From Cystobasidiomycetes sp. EMM_F5 (lineage: Eukaryota), in assembly GCA_051047955.1 (NCBI GenBank), contig JBPGPT010000002.1, positions 62,001-126,000 of the forward strand: DNA of 64,000 bases. Direction: 5' to 3'. A program made the position numbers and the translations under genes. The stretch's first letter is position 1. Each line of letters begins with the position of its first letter. Below, in pieces: positions 62,320 to 64,000 of this stretch. Below the pieces are notes generated by a model. It was not told the origin of the DNA and did no database searches. It saw nothing but the letters and a program-made list of their open reading frames with translations.

Positions 62320-63588
62320 ATGGTCCTTGCTGTTGCCAGTCATGTCTACCAGTCCATCTCGCTATCTTCACTGCCTCTCCGCTACGCCCTTGCAACCCTC
62401 GTACTGCTGGCCACCGTGCGGGTGCTGAGTTCGACTCCATCCCTAACTGTTCGCAGGATTCTGCATGGAAGGACTATTATTGTCTCAGTGAGTCCATGCA
62501 TTTCTGGGCCTATGTAGCTGGTTTGTTGTTGACTGCTGTTGCAGGGTGGTCTCACTCCGCTCAGTGCCGCGTGCGTCCACGTTGATTGCGGTCCTGGCCA
62601 TCCGCTAACACTCCTGTAACAGCTTGATACGGTCATTGGCATCACAAGGCGCACAAGTAATACTTCTCCATCGTGAGCCCGCCGCGCCTGAGGTGCAACA
62701 AGTCCTACACCTCATCGCCGTCGAAACGGGTAACGAACGAATCTATGCGGAGACTTGCGACACTTCGGGCAACTCGATGGCGAGCATAAAGGCATTCACC
62801 GATAGATGGAGTCACAGCCGGAAGAAATCGCCATTGGGTGACGATCTGGGTCCCGAACAGATTGATACGCTTATACTCTTCGACGATTCATCTACCATAA
62901 AAATTGGCATTGGTTCGCCTGACGCAAGGGCGCAATATCATGCTGCTTGCTTGTCAGCAAAGGTGGCTCTCATTCAAGGGCTACAATCAAGCATTGCGGA
63001 AAGCAATTCCCGGATCATCAGTGTTGTATCGCCATTCTACGCTGCGAGTCCTCTCCTTCCTCTGCCGACTGCTGGAATTGACCTATCTTCGGCGGTCATC
63101 TGGAGCAGATGGCAGCCATGGACTTTCCCAGCCTCGCCCGCTCTCGGCAGTATAGCAATAATGCGACACCTGGCCAAAGAACCGAATCATCTGCAATCGC
63201 TGTCCGTTACAACAGGCATATCACGCGACTGGATCGTACAGATGCTTACCGCGCACTATACTTACATTGGCTGGGTACTCGTCGTACTGCTGAGCCCGTT
63301 CATCTGGGCACTTGGCAAAAGTACAGCGGAATGCGTTACTGCCATCGAGAGAGGAATTATGCTAGACTTCAAGGCCAGCAGCCGGAGTAGCTTGCCAACG
63401 CCAGCAGGATCTTTGGTCGCTGGAGGGCGAATAGTCAGGTGAGTAGCATCTTCATAATGTCGGCAGCTGCATCCCAAAGGATCATACTTCAATGCAGGCT
63501 GCCAAGGTCCGAAGTGACAGATCCCTCCTTCGGGAAGACTCTGTATCTACACGAAGTAAATCGCTTCAATAACAGCATTGCAACATAA
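62320..63588 (+). CDS. Degenerate membrane-anchored short-chain dehydrogenase-fold protein (Pbr1/YNL181W-like)
   Basis: N-terminal TM segment, RILHGRTIIVS|GGLTPL, LASQGAQVILL, NERIYAETCD, RIISVVSPFYAA, LSPFIWALGKS. Confidence 0.6.
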
Positions 63589-63694
63589 ACCGCCAACACA
63601 GCCCTTCGGGAATATGTTTGGACAGTTACAAATCTGTTCTCACGTCCGGCACAATACGTACCTGCACTACATACGTACATCTACGGAGTACACG

Positions 63695-64000
63695 TCAAGA
63701 TAGTAAATCCTCAAACGGGTCCCTCGCTTTCGCTATCGGTTTCTGTGATTGGCTTTGGCCAAAATTGCCGAGGCTATACGGGTCAGATGATTGTTGTGGT
63801 TGTGGCGCCGGTGAAGAGGGGAAAGAGCTGGGTGTCTTGGGTGTAGAGGCCATTCCGAGCGAGATGGCGCCCGATGTCCCGACTCTAGCGGCAGAATGCG
63901 GTCCGCGATTCGGACTGTTTGGTATGGTGGTAGCCATCGCTCCATTGGCTTGATGTGTAGGTGTGACTGCGCCCATGTTAGCCCATGAAACGGCTTGTTG
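63695..64000 (-). CDS. 3' end of a gene extending beyond the window; disordered tail ending in DPFEDLLS (endocytic/clathrin-adaptor-like motif)
   Basis: The frame is open from the window edge (QQAVSWANMGAV...) to the stop at 63695-63697; terminal DPF and DLL motifs. The family cannot be determined. Confidence 0.5.
   Translation of the reverse strand, partial: QQAVSWANMGAVTPTHQANGAMATTIPNSPNRGPHSAARVGTSGAISLGMASTPKTPSSFPSSPAPQPQQSSDPYSLGNFGQSQSQKPIAKARDPFEDLLS

Noticed and set aside
1..64000. Transposons, rRNA or tRNA genes
   Set aside because: I saw no transposase, RT or integrase motifs, terminal repeats, rRNA-like sequence or cloverleaf with A/B boxes. Intron-containing tRNAs could be missed by eye, so tRNAscan-SE would be decisive.

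Overview
Intron-rich, very gene-dense fungal genomic DNA, with short GT-AG introns (mostly ~45-90 nt, CTRAC/CTAAC branch sites) and intergenic gaps often under 300 bp. This fits a compact basidiomycete genome such as a Mixia-like Pucciniomycotina fungus, but the taxon is my inference. About 30 protein genes can be reconstructed: AAA_33 P-loop protein, a coiled-coil orphan, TEL1/ATM, M3 oligopeptidase, AP-2 sigma, lanosterol synthase ERG7, four tandem class I glutamine-amidotransferase-like (GATase1) hydrolases, an F-box-only protein, a DHA1 MFS transporter, a mid-SUN protein, RPS4, DUF1764, a complex I NDUFC2-like subunit, a PX-BAR sorting nexin, two FRM2/HBN1-like nitroreductases flanking a small HSP and MED8, two large low-complexity proteins, a UPF0187/bestrophin-like channel, a secreted aspartic protease, TFIIA-gamma, MsrB, OSCA/TMEM63, an RBM18-like RRM protein, a degenerate SDR and a truncated DPF-ending gene. 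I could not support any tRNA, rRNA, CRISPR array or transposon. The strongest candidates for something new are (1) the diversified four-gene GATase1 array with its neighbouring F-box-only and MFS genes, a possible gamma-glutamyl-conjugate detoxification locus; (2) a 280-nt intron with a 244-nt AG-free zone and a distant branch point; (3) a nitroreductase/sHSP stress island with an eight-unit phased heat-shock element shared with MED8; and (4) an insertion in eS4, GC-AG introns, microexons and dual-ATG targeting. All gene models were spliced by eye and family calls come from remembered motifs, not database searches.
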